DNA of 62,979 nucleotides, counting the filler, from Octopus bimaculoides (taxonomy: Eukaryota): NCBI RefSeq assembly GCF_001194135.2. It is 6 parts of 5 records of this genome, joined end to end, with 100 filler letters (N's around TTAATTAATTAA, not from the genome) between each part and the next. Parts side by side here need not be neighbours in the genome. Positions count along the whole stretch, not along the records: positions 20,834 to 52,395 come from NC_068981.1; 5 more parts are not named here. One strand, written 5' to 3'. Shown piece by piece: positions 25,436 to 39,154 of this stretch; positions within the stretch are counted from its first letter, which is position 1; every line of letters starts with the position of its first letter. Made by a program: the position numbers and the translations under genes. The notes below the pieces were generated by a model. That model saw nothing but the letters and a program-made list of their open reading frames with translations. It was not told the DNA's origin and ran no database searches.

Positions 25436-25722
25436 GTTGATTCTTTAAATGAGGCCTGTCGCCAATCACTTGCTGAGGGAAATAAAGACTTTGATGTTCA
25501 CATTTTGCTCGATTACACTCGTGGTCGAAGGGGTTCAGAGAACTCCTGCACTATTCTCCAACCTGTTTTAAGTGCCTATCCCCAAAATGCAAGACTCTCA
25601 TTATTCCATACTCCTGATCTTCGAGGAATTTTGAAGAAGATTATGCCCAACCGTTACAATGAAACCATTGGATTACATCATATGAAAGTTTATTTATTTG
25701 ACGATAGTTTAATTATCAGTGG
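25436..25722 (+). CDS. PGS1: PGS1 internal exon (287 nt, phase 0-2) with the first HKD motif; CDP-diacylglycerol--glycerol-3-phosphate 3-phosphatidyltransferase
   Basis: TTTCAG acceptor, GG/GTAAGT donor. VDSL...ILLDYTRGRRG...RLSLFHTPDLRGILKKIMPNRYNETIGLHHMKVYLFDDSLIISG. HxKxxxxD (HMKVYLFD) at 25679-25702. Confidence 0.97.
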
Positions 25723-25977
25723 GTAAGTAATTGTTTTTATATGTTTTTCTTGTTTCCATTTATAGGCACAAATGTGTTTATAGGTGCAGATGTAGCTGAG
25801 TGGTAAAAAGCTTGATTCAAACCACATGGTTTTAGGTTCAGTCCTATTGTGTGGCACCTTGGGCAAGTGTCTTATACTGTAGCCTTGGGCTGACCAAAAC
25901 CCTGCAAGTGGATTTGGTGGACAGTAACTGAAATAAACTCATTGTATGTGTGCGTGCATGTGCATGCATGTGTGTGT

Positions 25978-26025
<48 letters not shown>

Positions 26026-26039
26026 ACATATATATAAAA

Positions 26040-26360
26040 GAGACACCCTTTGGTCATGAATGACCATGGGATTGCACTTAGAAAGTTACCCTCTAAGGCA
26101 CAAGTCTGGGCAAGGTTGTTTATGGAAGACCAGCAGTCACCCGTGCATACCAGCCTCCCCTCTCCACACCACTGATGTTATCCAAGGGAAAGGCAACGAC
26201 CGATACAGTTTGGCACCAGCGATGTCACAACTCATTCCTACAGCTGAGTAAACTGGAGCGATGTGAAGTAAAAGTGTCTTGCTCAAGAACACAACCCACA
26301 GCCTGGTCCGAGAATTGAACTCATACCTCATGATTGTGAGCCTGATGCTCTAACCATGAG
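26040..26360 (-). mobile_element. tRNA-derived SINE family B
   Basis: Minus strand TGGCTCATGGTTAGAGCATCAGGCTCACAATCATGAGG..GAGTTCAATTC; tail GTGCAATCCCATGGTCATTCATGACC. Other copies at about 4290-4500(+), 23760-23950(+), 28490-28722(+), 41159-41480(+), 54815-55060(+). Confidence 0.85.
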
Positions 26361-26828
26361 CCATATATATATATATATATTTGTCTGTCCGTGCTTGTGT
26401 GTGCATGTGTGTGTGTGTGTTGTGTGTGTGTTGTGTGTGTGTGTTTGTGCACACGCCTTGATATCAATGATAGTTGTAAATGAGAGTCACCATCATGCAA
26501 GTGATATCTTTTGTTTCCAATCTTTTGTGAAACATTGTCTGGTCATGGGGAAATATTACTTTGTCTGGAAGCAGGTGAGAGTTGGCAACAGGAAGAGCAT
26601 CTGACCATGGAAACTTTGCCTCAACAAAATTCCATCTGACCCATGAAACCATGGAAAAATGGATGTTAAAACGACGACGATTTAATTTAAAAAAAGAAGT
26701 TTTCAGATCAGTTTTATTATAAGGTCATGTAAAGCAATATAAAGTTTATCGCCAGTTCTTGAAAATTCCTAATTAAGTCAGATATTTGCATTTGCATTAA
26801 ATGCAATTTCTTAATTTTTTTTTTTTTG

Positions 26829-27193
26829 TTTATTACCTCCACCTTAGCCCAAGCAGAGTTATTGTTTTCAGTTGTGTTTGTTTGTCTGTGGCCAAGATAT
26901 CTCAAGAACTGCTGGATGGATTCAGGTGAAACTTTCAGGGATGTTTGGCCTCATAATTGGCATGAACTGATTACATTTTAGGATTGATCTGGTACTGGAC
27001 AAGGATTCTGGATTATTTTTCCTGTTTTTTGACTTAATTTTTGAGAGTGGCTGGGTTCATTTTTAGCTTTCTTATCTGTGAGAGCAGTCGAGCTTATTTC
27101 AGATATTCTCATTTTAAAAATCATCTCTGGCTAATCGTTGAGAGGATGTTGGTGTTGCCTTGGCAGAGGTTTGCGCTCTGTGAGTGCTCTTGT
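26829..27193 (-). mobile_element. Non-autonomous Helentron/HINE-like element
   Basis: Reverse complement of 34902-35265. Subterminal CTC(C/T)GCCAAGG motif and terminal CCTCCACC...GGYRGAG stem; inserted in T/A runs. Confidence 0.6.
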
Positions 27194-27433
27194 TTTATTT
27201 TAAAAAAAATCTTTTTACCTTTTTACTTGTTTCAGTCTTTGAACTGTGGCCATGCTGGGACATTGCCTTGAAGGGTTTTAGTTGAATGAAGCAACCCCAG
27301 TACTGTTTTTTTCAAAGCCTGATATTTATTTTATCAGTCTCTTTTGCGAAACTGGAGACATAAACAAACCAGCACCAGTTGTCAAGTAGTGGTGGGTGAC
27401 ATAACACAAACAAAAAGATATACACACACACGT

Positions 27434-27471
<38 letters not shown>

Positions 27472-28018
27472 AATGTGTATACATATATATATAGATATAG
27501 ATATAGATATAGATATAGATATATAGATATAGGTACATACACACAAACACACACACGACAAGCTTCTTCCATTTTCTGCCTTGCAAATCCACTCACAAGT
27601 CTTTGATCAGTCCAAGCCTAAAGTAGAAGGTGCCATACAGTGGAACTGATCTCAAGACCACATGATTGGGAAGTCAGCTTGTAAACTACACACACATACC
27701 TACACCTAATATCTTAAAATCTAAATTTTTCTTTAGTTTACTAATTTTTTTAACTGTTTTTTTTTTATTATTCTAGTAATCTAATTCTCTTAGAAACACC
27801 AGTTTTTGTGTAGACTTTCAGATAAAGTGACTAAAGTTTCCATTTCTTAGCTATGAATTATTTGAAATTGCTCTCATTTTTGTAATAAAGTAGAATATTC
27901 AATATTCTCAAATTCTCATCTGCAACTGTTTTCCTAATTGTCAATGTTTTGATAAAATCTCAAAGCAGTTTTATCATTCCCAACAATTAATCAGTTTTGA
28001 TTAGTGTGTCTTCATTGC

Positions 28019-28102
28019 TCAATTTACTGAAGCTTCTCATTATTTAGCACATTGTCAATTTACTGAAGCTTCTCATTATTTAGCACATTGTCAATTTACT
28101 GA
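28019..28102. repeat. 36-bp tandem duplication (2.3 copies)
   Basis: TCAATTTACTGAAGCTTCTCATTATTTAGCACATTG twice plus a partial copy. Confidence 0.95.
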
Positions 28103-28422
28103 TTCAGTTCTGTCTTGAACAATGAGATTACATAGTCTTGGCTGCAACTTTATTGGCTACAGCTTAAAAATATAAATTTGATTTAAGTTTCAGCTTTTTT
28201 CTTACATCACCATCATCCTTTATCATCCACTTTTCTATGCTTGCATAGGTAAGCTGAAAATTGTTGAGGCAGATTTTCACCAACCCTCACCTGTTTCTAA
28301 TCAGGATAATATTTGTCCATGGCTTGATGTGTCTTCCATGGAAGCTTGTATGACGGTAATGCTCATTTATGGCTGTCACGACAAGGATACGCATGAACAC
28401 AAACACTCACCCACATATCTAG

Positions 28423-28471
<49 letters not shown>

Positions 28472-28719
28472 TGCATATATACAAAACATTTTATTTCACA
28501 TTGCTCCATTTCACTCAGCTGCAGAAATGAATTGTGACATCACTGGTTCCAAGTTGTATTGGCCTTTGCCTTTCCCTTGGATAACATTGGTGGTGTGGAG
28601 AGGGGAAGCTGGTATGCGTGGGCGACTGCCGGTCTTCTATAAGCAACCTTGCCCTGACTTGTACCTTGGAGGGAAACTTTCTAGGTTCAATCCCATTGTC
28701 ATTCATGACCAAAGAGGAT

Positions 28720-28758
<39 letters not shown>

Positions 28759-29599
28759 ATAAGCTTCTTTCAGTTTCCATCTATCAACTCCACTCAAAAG
28801 GTCTTGGTTGGCCCAGGGTTATAGTAGCAGACACTTGTCCAAGGTGCCACAACCACATGGATGTAAATCAAGCTTCTCACACAATCACACCTGCACCTTA
28901 CTTTGGGGAAAGATGTGAACATCACAACATCCTACTAGCTTTTTTCTAAAAACAATAATGAAACTTGATATAGTTTAGGTAAAAAGTCTTTATTTCACTT
29001 CTTGAATTATTTTTACTGTCTTCATATGGGACTTATAATCTCATGATATATAGTTTTGTCTAAACCATTTGTTCTCATTTATGGTTATAATTATATTACA
29101 CTGACCCTTAGGACATGAATATCTTTAATATTTTCTGAACCAAAAGAGAAACATTGACTTTCACATTTACTGATGATATTTACCTGCCCTGTGGCAAGTT
29201 ATATCATTTTTATAGTAACTCCTTGCTGGTTTTATGCTGTGAAACTGAGAAACCAATTTGATCTATCTTAATATTTGAGTTATGCATGCAGTTTTGGAAA
29301 ATTACATGTGCACAAAAAACAAAAGCAAAAAAAAATCGGTCAAAGAAAAATACAATTTTTCCATATAGAAAATAGACAAAAGTTACTCTATTTACTGTCA
29401 ACACTCTGCAGACCTGCTTAATTCAAGAGCAGAAGCTTATAAACTAATAGAATATGGAATTTGTTTCCTTATAGATTATGTCCAGTTTCTCCAAGGCATA
29501 TGGTAACCTGAAAATATAGATAGCTATACATGTAAGTTGTCAGATGTTATTTTTAGAATTTCTCTTTGGCTCTTGTTAATGACATTTCTTTAATCTAAA

Positions 29600-29990
29600 T
29601 ACAATATGTCTTTCCTCTTTGGACTGGACATCTAGCAAGAGGGACTGAGATCCATTGATGCATTGATTGCTTGCTTGCTGCTCTTGCAGGGACCACTATC
29701 CTGAGATAGTGGTCCCAGAGATGGAGCATAGAGTTGACCAAGACCACCAGTGCTCTCCATCAATTTCCATTATATTTTCTTATGCATGTGCCTTATGTGA
29801 GCTTCTCAAAACCCTGTGCACTGTAGGGACTAGGTATGAACTAGAGAGAAGATACAAGTGTATGCACCAACTAGTAGGGCAGCCTCATATTGTGGAAAGC
29901 TTCTGCAGGGAAAGCTTTCCTTTTAAGGATAGTGTGCTGTGATTTGAGGGAGATTTGGATGCTGTTTTCACAGCTTAAACAAACATGTGG
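29600..29990 (-). mobile_element. Highly decayed CR1-like LINE 3' fragment
   Basis: Minus strand RLPY*LVHTLVSSL.F.PS resembles CR1 C-terminal sequence; weak. Confidence 0.4.
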
Positions 29991-30737
29991 AATTCCCTCA
30001 TTGGCTCATATGGCTAAAAGTACAATTAGCTGTAAATAACTGCAGTCTTGATGGATTTATACTAACCCTAGTTTCATGATATTAAGCAGACATTTTAACT
30101 ATCTTTGTAATAAAATACAGCATAGTATTGGTATTACTCCAGATAATCTTATACCTAATTCTAACAGCTAGGTGAAATGAGGTACATCAACATGTACCTC
30201 AGTACATACATAAAAAGTTTTATTATCCCAAAACACTACTACCTGGCTATTTGGTGCCGTTAGTGGATTACACTCTGTTGTAAGCATTTGGACTGAGAAT
30301 AATTCCTCCCTTCTTCCCATTAGCCACAGAAACCTTTCAAAGGGTCATGGACACCACTCTTCCTTCTCTGGTTAATCCAGAAAAAAAGAAGAAAAGAAAA
30401 AAGAAAAAGAAAATGAAAAACCATGCCTGGTGTAGATTTGAACTCAAGACTGAGAGTTAATTATCTACTCAAATATATTGACACTAAATCAGTAGAAGGA
30501 TTCTGAATGAATTTGAACTACAATAATAATTAATAACATAGGAGAAATTATTAAACCAAGAACTTCCTGTAAGATACTTAATGAAATTAAGTAATTTTTT
30601 TCACTTACTTTGAAGTCTTATTCATGTTACCTTATTTGTTGGCATAAAAGGCACAGAGACATTTTAGACGCACCCTAATTTCAGCAGTGCATATCCAGGA
30701 AAAAAAGATTCTTGTACATTAAACCATGTAACATAAG

Positions 30738-31118
30738 CCCAGCTTCTCAAAAAAGACTGAGGGTGATTTTTTTTTTAGGCATTTTTTGAAAAACAAAATG
30801 GATCTCTTTGGTTACTATTTTGTTCTGGTGGATCCCCATAGCCATTTGATGTTTAAAAACTAGTTTTATAAAAACTTCTTTCAAAATTCTTGTTTTGTTT
30901 TTCATTCATTAACTTGTTTAAGTTGAACTATCTAAAATATTAGAGAAAGAAATCCAGTTGTTTCTTGAAATACAAACCAATACATACATCTAAATCAAAA
31001 TTTTTTCAAGGGCCCTTAGAATACTATTGTGGATCCCCAATTTACTATTTTCTTATGTGGACCCCCCAAAATCTTATATGGACCCTCAGGGGCCATGTAG
31101 ACCCAGTTGAGAACCACT
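30738..31118. mobile_element. hAT-Charlie-like MITE
   Basis: Right end GTTGAGAACCACTA is the reverse complement of TAGTGGTTCTCAAC; the left end is degenerate (CCAGCTTCTCAA). Confidence 0.45.
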
Positions 31119-32889
31119 AAAATATAGTATTCTTTAAATATAAAATTTATGCTGTCCATGTTTTTAGCAGGCATTACAGCTTTAGGTACCAACCAAAGAG
31201 AAACTTCAGAGTTTATTCCTTCAACTCGACTTTTTGGACTCGCTAGAAATAGCAGTCAGATCCTCATTATATCATGTTTTACTCACTTGAGAAAGACAAG
31301 ACAATGTCCTCTTGGATTTATAAAAAGATGTGATGTTATGGCTAAAATGCTCATTCTGCTCAATCAGGGCTGACCTAGAGCTATACAACAACAGTCACCA
31401 TCACCTTGCTTTTTAGTAGTCATATGCTCCAGTAATCAATTTTAATGTATCACATGTGAACATAGCAGGTCTGGTACCCATCCCCAGCAGTTAAGAGAAC
31501 TTGAGGATATTATTTTGTGACATTATGTGGTTGATGGGTCCCAGTGCTTATCTCCAGCTCTTATAGCATTCAGCTGTTGAGAGGCAAGCCTTTCCTCGGA
31601 TAAGATGCCAGTCTATTATTACAGGAAATTTATTCCTTGCTATCAGAAATAAACTTACCTCTGTAAGCAAAAGAAGGTCCATGACCAAATTGTTAGAATT
31701 CATAGTGTTGTGGTTGATTAGTGATAAACTTTTACTACCCTGTGCTGTTGTTCACAGCTCAGTTAACTGAATCATTAGACTGTTCTTTTATTCTTCTATT
31801 TGTTTTAGTCATTTGACTGCGGTTATGCTGACCTTAAAGGGTTTTAGTCAAAGAAATCAACCCTAGGATTTATTCTTTGTAAGCCAAATACTTATTCTCT
31901 TTTGCCGAATTGCTAAGTTACAGGGACATCAACACACCAATATTGGTTTTCAAGCTATAGTGGGGGAACAAACATAGACACAAGTACACACAACATGTAT
32001 ATATGTTATGATGGGCTTCTTTTAGTTTCTGCCTACCAAATACACTCATAAGGCTTTGGTTGACCTGAGGCTATAGTAGAAGACACTTACACAAGGTGCC
32101 AAGCAGTGGGACTGAACCCAGAACCATATGGTTGGGAAGCAAGCTTCTTAGCACACAGCAATGCCTGCACCTGTTATTTTTTTTAATGAAATTTTTATTT
32201 AGCAACATATTTTTACAAGAAGTAAAGAAGGAAAAAAAAATTAAAAGGATAAAAGAATAAATTATAGAGAAAAAAATCCTAGAATTACTCCAACAAGGGA
32301 GCAAGGAAAAAAATGGTGGGGATTAAGCAACAATAGGAGGGAGTAACAGTGTGTACACCTCAGTCCAAATGATGTGTTCAGCCACATCTCATGGACACAC
32401 TTGCAAAGACATTGCCTCAGAAGATGTATGTGTGCTTGTGTTTGTTCCTTGACACACTGCTTAACTACCAGTGTAACCACTAAGCTACAGGGACAGACAA
32501 AGTTTGTTTATGTCCTTGTAACTTAGTGGTTCAGCAAAAGAGACCAACAGAATAAGTACCAGACTTAAAAATAAGCACTGGGGTTGATTTGTTCAACTAA
32601 ATCTTTCAAGGTAGTGCACTACCATGGCTACAGTCCAATGAAAGTAACAAGTAAAAGATAAAAGATAGCTCTAATTTATGGAATATCTATATTCTTTTGT
32701 TGTTATATTTGTGTGCAAGAAGATTCTTTGGAAACTGCTATAGGGATAGTACATAATGTGTAATGTTAAAGGTAGAATGTGAACTCCTGACTATTTGGCT
32801 GTATGTTAGTTAGGTATGCTAGCAACTTGGGTGAACTGAAGAATTTATAATTAGTCCTTTTAAGACACACGGTTTTTTGGTATATCTCT

Positions 32890-33100
32890 TTCTCTTTTCT
32901 CTTTTACTTGTTTCAGTCATTTGACTGCGGCCATGCTGGAGCACCACCTTTAGTCGAGAAAATCGACTCCAGGACTTATTCTTTGTAAGCCTAGTACTTA
33001 TTCTATCGGTCTCTTTTTGCCGAACCGCTAAGTTATGGGGACATAAACACACCAGCATCGGTTGTCAAGCAATGGTGGGGGGACAAACACAGACACACAA

Positions 33101-33149
<49 letters not shown>

Positions 33150-33305
33150 ACAGGCTTCTTTCAGTTTCCATCTACCAAATCCACTCACAAGGCTTTGGTC
33201 AGCCCGAGGCTGTAGTAAAAGACACTTGCCCAAGGTGCCACGCAGTGGAAATGAACTTGGAACCATGTGGTTGGTAAGCAAGCTACTTACCACACAGCCA
33301 CTCCT
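32890..33305 (-). mobile_element. SINE family A, near-complete copy
   Basis: Same head, (TA)n tract and tail as 6880-7290. Confidence 0.9.
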
Positions 33306-34901
33306 GCACCTATGTAGCCAAAAATGTCAAAATTTTTTTTCTATTGAGTTATGTCCACTGAAAGACAATCTCTGATTAGTTATTACACTTCATAACCAAC
33401 CATTGACAACATTTGTTCCATCGAGCTGTTGAATCCACCTTAAAAACCTTTCAGCTTGTATTGCTTAGGCTGATCATTCAGCCTGGGTGTCCCAAAAGGG
33501 TTAAACTTTCCTATCTGGAGATATTCTAGCCTGCATTAGATTTGAACTTGTGACCTATGGATTGGAAATCTAATGTAAGCAATTTGCCAGTTTCACACCT
33601 TCTTACAATCTTTTACACAGAGACTTATCTACTGAAGTTAGGTGAGCCATGAGAGTAGATTAAATTTTAACAAAGGTACTGTTGCTGTTGTTTAACTCCA
33701 GGTCAACTCTGAGCAAGTAGATCTATGATCAAAAGTATTCTAACCATGGCCATCATAACTTTTACTTTTCAGATGCATTATCTAATGTGTCCTACATTTT
33801 TCCAAGATGATAGTTGTGTGATTTGAGAGAGAGATTTGGCTGCTATTTCTAGCAGATCAAAGAAACATGTAGAGGCTCCTTCCTTGGCATGGGTGTACAT
33901 TCAAGAATGACCTACTAATACCTTTCTACACCTATTTCTATCTATACTATATTTCACACACTGTATGCATTCATGCTGTATTCTGTTATGAAACCTTTTA
34001 TACTTATTCATGAGCTGATGGGGTAAAGGTTTACATTAGTATAATGTTCAGCCCCTGTTTCGGTTGCTGCAGTAGTACATTGCTTTAAGGCAGAATTTCT
34101 CCAGGAGACAGTCAATAAGTACTGTGGTTCTTTACACTCGGCTGACATCCAATACTTAAATGTGAAACTTGTATTCATATTAAATATACTTTGTAGAGAG
34201 ACTCCTGGTAAAAAGTCAGGGTATGAAAGCTATCAAAGGTATCAAGTTTCACCAAAATAGTTATGGGTGTTACAATGTTGTTTATATTATCCCCCTTTTT
34301 GCAGTGGAGTCTCACTGAAATAAAAAGAGATCTCAAAATAGGGAGCCGGCTGTATGTACTCGTTAGAATTTTCAGAGAATTTTTGTTCATCAATAAACAA
34401 CAGGAAAGTTGGGGAAACTGTTCTTAATGAATGTTTTGCAAAGTCAAGTAACATGAGGAAGAAATTTCTTCAATAAACACCCAGCTATAGGTGCAGATGT
34501 GGCTATGCGGTAAGAAGTTTGCTTTCCAACCACATGGTTCTAGGTTCAGTTCCACTGCTTGATACTTTGAACAAGTGTCTTTTACTACAGCTCCAGACCC
34601 ACTAGTCTTGTGAGTGGATTGGGTACATGGAAACTGAAAGAAACTCATCATAAATGTGTGTGTGTGCATGTGTGTGTGTGTGTGTGTGTGCATATGTGTG
34701 CCTATGTTTGTACCCCCAGCACCGTTTGACATTGGTATTGATTTGTTTATGTCCTCCATAGCATAGCAGTCCAGCAAAAAGATACTGACAGAATAAGTAC
34801 TAGGCTTTAAAAAAAATTAATACTGGTCAATTTCTTCAACTAAGTCCTACAAAGTAGTACCCCAGTATGGCTGCAGTCCAATGAGTGAAAGTGAAAGATA
34901 A

Positions 34902-35265
34902 ACAAGAGCACTCAGAGAGCACAAACCTCTGCCAAGGCAACACCAACGTTCTCTCAACAATTAGCCGGAGATGATTTTAAAAATGAGAATATCTGAAATA
35001 AACTCAACTGCTCTCATAAACAAGAATCCTAAAAATGAACCTGACTGCTCTCAAAAATTAAGTGAAAAAAACGGAAAAATAATCCAGAATCATTGTCCAG
35101 TACCGGATCGATCCCAAAATCTAATCAGTTTGTGCCAGTCATGAGGCAAAACATCCCTGAAAGTTTCATCTGAATCCATCCAATGGTTTTTGAGATATCT
35201 TGTCCATGGACAAGCAAACAAACATGACTGAAAACAATACCTCCACCTTCGCTAAGGCAGAGACA
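34902..35265 (+). mobile_element. Non-autonomous Helentron/HINE-like element
   Basis: ACAAGAGCACTCAGAGAGCACAAACCTCTGCCAAGG...AATACCTCCACCTTCGCTAAGGCAGAG; inverted partner of 26829-27193. Confidence 0.6.
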
Positions 35266-35740
35266 AAAATATGCTATCAATATTTTTCTACCCCCAATCT
35301 ATCTACTTGGTGCCATCAGAAAACATCACTCTCTGTAGATGAGTATTATCCCAAAATGTTAAACTTTTCTTCCTCTCCCAGAAAACCAATTTCTTCCACT
35401 TTTGAGCTGTTTATATTCAGTAATTGCTGACATACACTGTCAGATTATATTGTTTTATTTGCAGTGCCAGACCAGATATCTGGCAAGCTTAAGACTGGAA
35501 GTACACTGAATTTCTAGATTTTTCTGGTTTTCTAAAAGCAGCCTAAATATATCTTCTTTCATCTTTTACTTGTTTCAGTAAGAAGAATTTTTAGTTGAAT
35601 GAATCGATCCCAGTACTTATTTTTTTAAAGCCCAGAACTTATTCTATCAGTCACTTTTGCTGAACTACAAAGTTACAGGGACATACCAACACTGGTTGTC
35701 AAGTAGTGATGAGGGACAAGCGCATGCATGCGAGCGCGTG

Positions 35741-35777
<37 letters not shown>

Positions 35778-36139
35778 CGGGCTTCTTCTAGCTTCCATCT
35801 ACCAAAACCACCCACAAAGCTTTGTTTGGGTTAATCTGAGGCTATAGTAGAAGACACTTCTTCAAGGTGCCACAGTGGGGCTGAACTCAGAACCATGTGG
35901 TTGGGAAGCAAGCTTCTTACCACATAGCCACACTTGCGTCTATATACGTAAAATATAAAATAACTATGGAAAGTAAAGAACCAAATTGCAATTAACTGGT
36001 TGAAATTAATACATTTCTAAAATAGCTCTGTTGAAATTTATTAGTCCACTTAAAATTCATAAAACATATCATACTCTACCATATATACAGTAAAATGATT
36101 ATAAGAGGAAAATAAAATGAAGAAAAGTAAAGAACATGA

Positions 36140-36313
36140 TTAGGCGCAGGAGTGGCTGTGTGGTAAGTAGCTTGCTTACCAACCACATGGTTCTGGGTTC
36201 ATCCCCACTGCGTGGCACCTTTGGCAAGTGTCTTCTACTATAGCCTCAAGCCGACCAAAACCTTGTGAGTAGATTTGGTAGACGGAAACTGAAAGAAGCC
36301 CGTCATATATATG

Positions 36314-36348
<35 letters not shown>

Positions 36349-36556
36349 ATGTGTTTGTGTCAGTGTTTGTTCCCCAACATCGCTTGACAACTGATGCTGG
36401 TGTGTTTACGTCCCCGTAACTTAGCAGTTCGGCAAAAGAGATCGATAGAATAAGTACTAGGCTTCCAAAGAATAAGTCCTGGAGTCGATTTGCTTGACTA
36501 AAAAAGGCAGTGCTCCAGCATGGCCGCAGTCAAATGTCTGAAACAAGTAAAAGAGT
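36140..36556 (+). mobile_element. SINE family A, near-complete copy
   Basis: AGGCGCAGGAGTGGCTGTGTGGTAAGTAGC...TGAAACAAGTAAAAGAG. Confidence 0.9.
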
Positions 36557-37833
36557 ATACAGGTACAAATTAATACGCTTCTAAAGCAGTGTATGTTTAA
36601 AAGCTTTATCAATTCACATAAAGAAGCAAAGAACAAAACCATTTTTAATATGCTGTATGCAAAGAACCCAACATCAGAAACTGGGTTTGTTTAATCAATA
36701 TAGTGTATTACAATGCAATCCACAATATTCCTGGATTTCTGGAGATTCCAGATTTCTAGAAGCTAGGTAAGGGGTTTAGTATTGTAGTATTATTTTTTAC
36801 AAAGTTGCATTATTGAAGACTAGGCTTTGGTATTTGCGTATGCCAGGTATGTGGCGTTAATGTCTCCTAATTACCTTTCTGCTCTTCTCACATAGTCTTC
36901 CTTTTTTTTTTTTGTAGATAGTTAAGTGTTATTTAAGAGGAAATTTGTTTGATTTTTCTAGCCTCTTCAGTGATCACACTGGCTCATACAATTGACAGTT
37001 GTGCGTCTCTGTGTTTGACATTACTAACATCACAAAAAATGGTAAAGAAGAGGTGATTACTGGTGCATGTGCACACACACACACACGCACACACACACAC
37101 AGAGGCATGAGCACGTGTACTCTCTCTCTCTCCCCCTCCTCTCTCCCTCCTCTCTCCCTCTTCTCTCCCTCCTCTCTCCCTATCTCTTTTGATTGGTAAT
37201 GTGGGGTGCTTACATATTTAATATAGTGAGCCAAAACAATCGTAATTGATTAAACTTGCATCCATTGTANNNNNNNNNNCTCCCTCCTCTCTCCCTTTCT
37301 CTCTCCCTCCTCTCTCCCTCTTCTCTCCCTCCTCTCTCCCTATCTCTTTTGATTGGTAATGTGGGGTGCTTACATATTTAATATAGTGAGCCAAAACAAT
37401 CGTAATTGATTAAACTTGCATCCATTGTAAGAAAACCCTGTCATTATTTTAATGATTAACTCTAGTCAAGGAAGGCATGGGAGACAATTTCTAGAATATA
37501 AATAAATTAAAATTAATTAAAACTAGAACGCAGAATAGCGAGCCTGATCTTTGGCATTTTCTCACAGGCAAATAAAAAATACATGTTTTATAGATTGTAG
37601 AGGGGTTTCATTAGTTTGCTTGGTTGTTTCTGAAGATTCTTCATCAAACTGGCAAGGTGCTGGCTGCTATTTATTTTTAATTTGGCATAGTTTTCTTCCT
37701 GATATCAGGAAGTTGCAGTGATAAAATTATGTTATTAAATCAGCTTTATATCCTTTAACAAAATTTGGCACTCAGCTTTCAGCAGGAAGCTGTCTGGCAC
37801 TTGTTCTGTAGAATTTTCTCATTTGTTGCATTG

Positions 37834-39093
37834 GAAACATGCCTGGTTTGTCTTATATGCCGAATAATCCATTGGCAGTTTTTATTTATTTGAAAAATAC
37901 TTATTGTTGTTTATAAGAGTCTGAATTCTGGCATAATGATTAAAGATAGTTACCTTTACCTGCCAAAAATGTCAAAGGTTTTCACTTTGCCAATAACACA
38001 TTAGATTGGAGCCTTAGGTACATATCAGCAAAGTTTCTTCCTTGCTGCTCTGTTTACTTTAGATGAAACTTGTTGAAAAGAGATGCCACTTTCACCAGTT
38101 AAGCACAGTTGCACACAATCATTCGTGTGAACNNNNNNNNNNNNNNNNNNNNNNNNNNNNNNNNNNNNNNNNNNNNNNNNNNNNNNNNNNNNNNNNNNNN
38201 NNNNNNNNNNNNNNNNNNNNNNNNNNNNNNNNNNNNNNNNNNNNNNNNNNNNNNNNNNNNNNNNNNNNNNNNNNNNNNNNNNNNNNNNNNNNNNNNNNNN
38301 NNNNNNNNNNNNNNNNNNNNNNNNNNNNNNNNNNNNNNNNNNNNNNNNNNNNNNNNNNNNNNNNNNNNNNNNNNNNNNNNNNNNNNNNNNNNNNNNNNNN
38401 NNNNNNNNNNNNNNNNNNNNNNNNNNNNNNNNNNNNNNNNNNNNNNNNNNNNNNNNNNNNNNNNNNNNNNNNNNNNNNNNNNNNNNNNNNNNNNNNNNNN
38501 NNNNNNNNNNNNNNNNNNNNNNNNNNNNNNNNNNNNNNNNNNNNNNNNNNNNNNNNNNNNNNNNNNNNNNNNNNNNNNNNNNNNNNNNNNNNNNNNNNNN
38601 NNNNNNNNNNNNNNNNNNNNNNNNNNNNNNNNNNNNNNNNNNNNNNCTCCCTCTCTCTCTCACTCTCTCTCCGTTTACACATAGTTTCTGTCTACCAAGT
38701 TCACTCACAAGGCATTGGTTGACCCACAGCTACAGTAGAATACACTTGCCCAAGGTGCTGTGCAATGGGACTGAACCTTTAAACTATTTGGTTGCAAAGT
38801 TAGCTTCTTAACCACACAGCCATTAAAAATATATAATGATAGGTGTATGCTTGTAATTATGGTAATGGGTGAGACGCCGTTGGCAATGAGCATGGCGACT
38901 GTTAAATGTCTAAAATAAAGTCATTGAAGTTATGTTGAGCAGATGGGGGAATAAACGTTTAGCAAATTAATGAGACATTCATCTTCAAAGGAAAATATAC
39001 TTTTAACATTGGATGTCTGTTAATATTTTCCAGATAAATATAATAATAATGAATAACTGAGTGAGTTATATATTTCATATTTCTTCGTCTTCT

Positions 39094-39154
<61 letters not shown>

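Noticed and set aside
33535-33580. tRNA-like segments (also the SINE heads throughout)
   Set aside because: Only B-box-like similarity with no complete cloverleaf; SINE-derived.
37134-37428. Direct duplication around a 10-N gap (also 49469-49537)
   Set aside because: Identical sequence on both sides of a minimal gap is typical of unmerged contig overlap.
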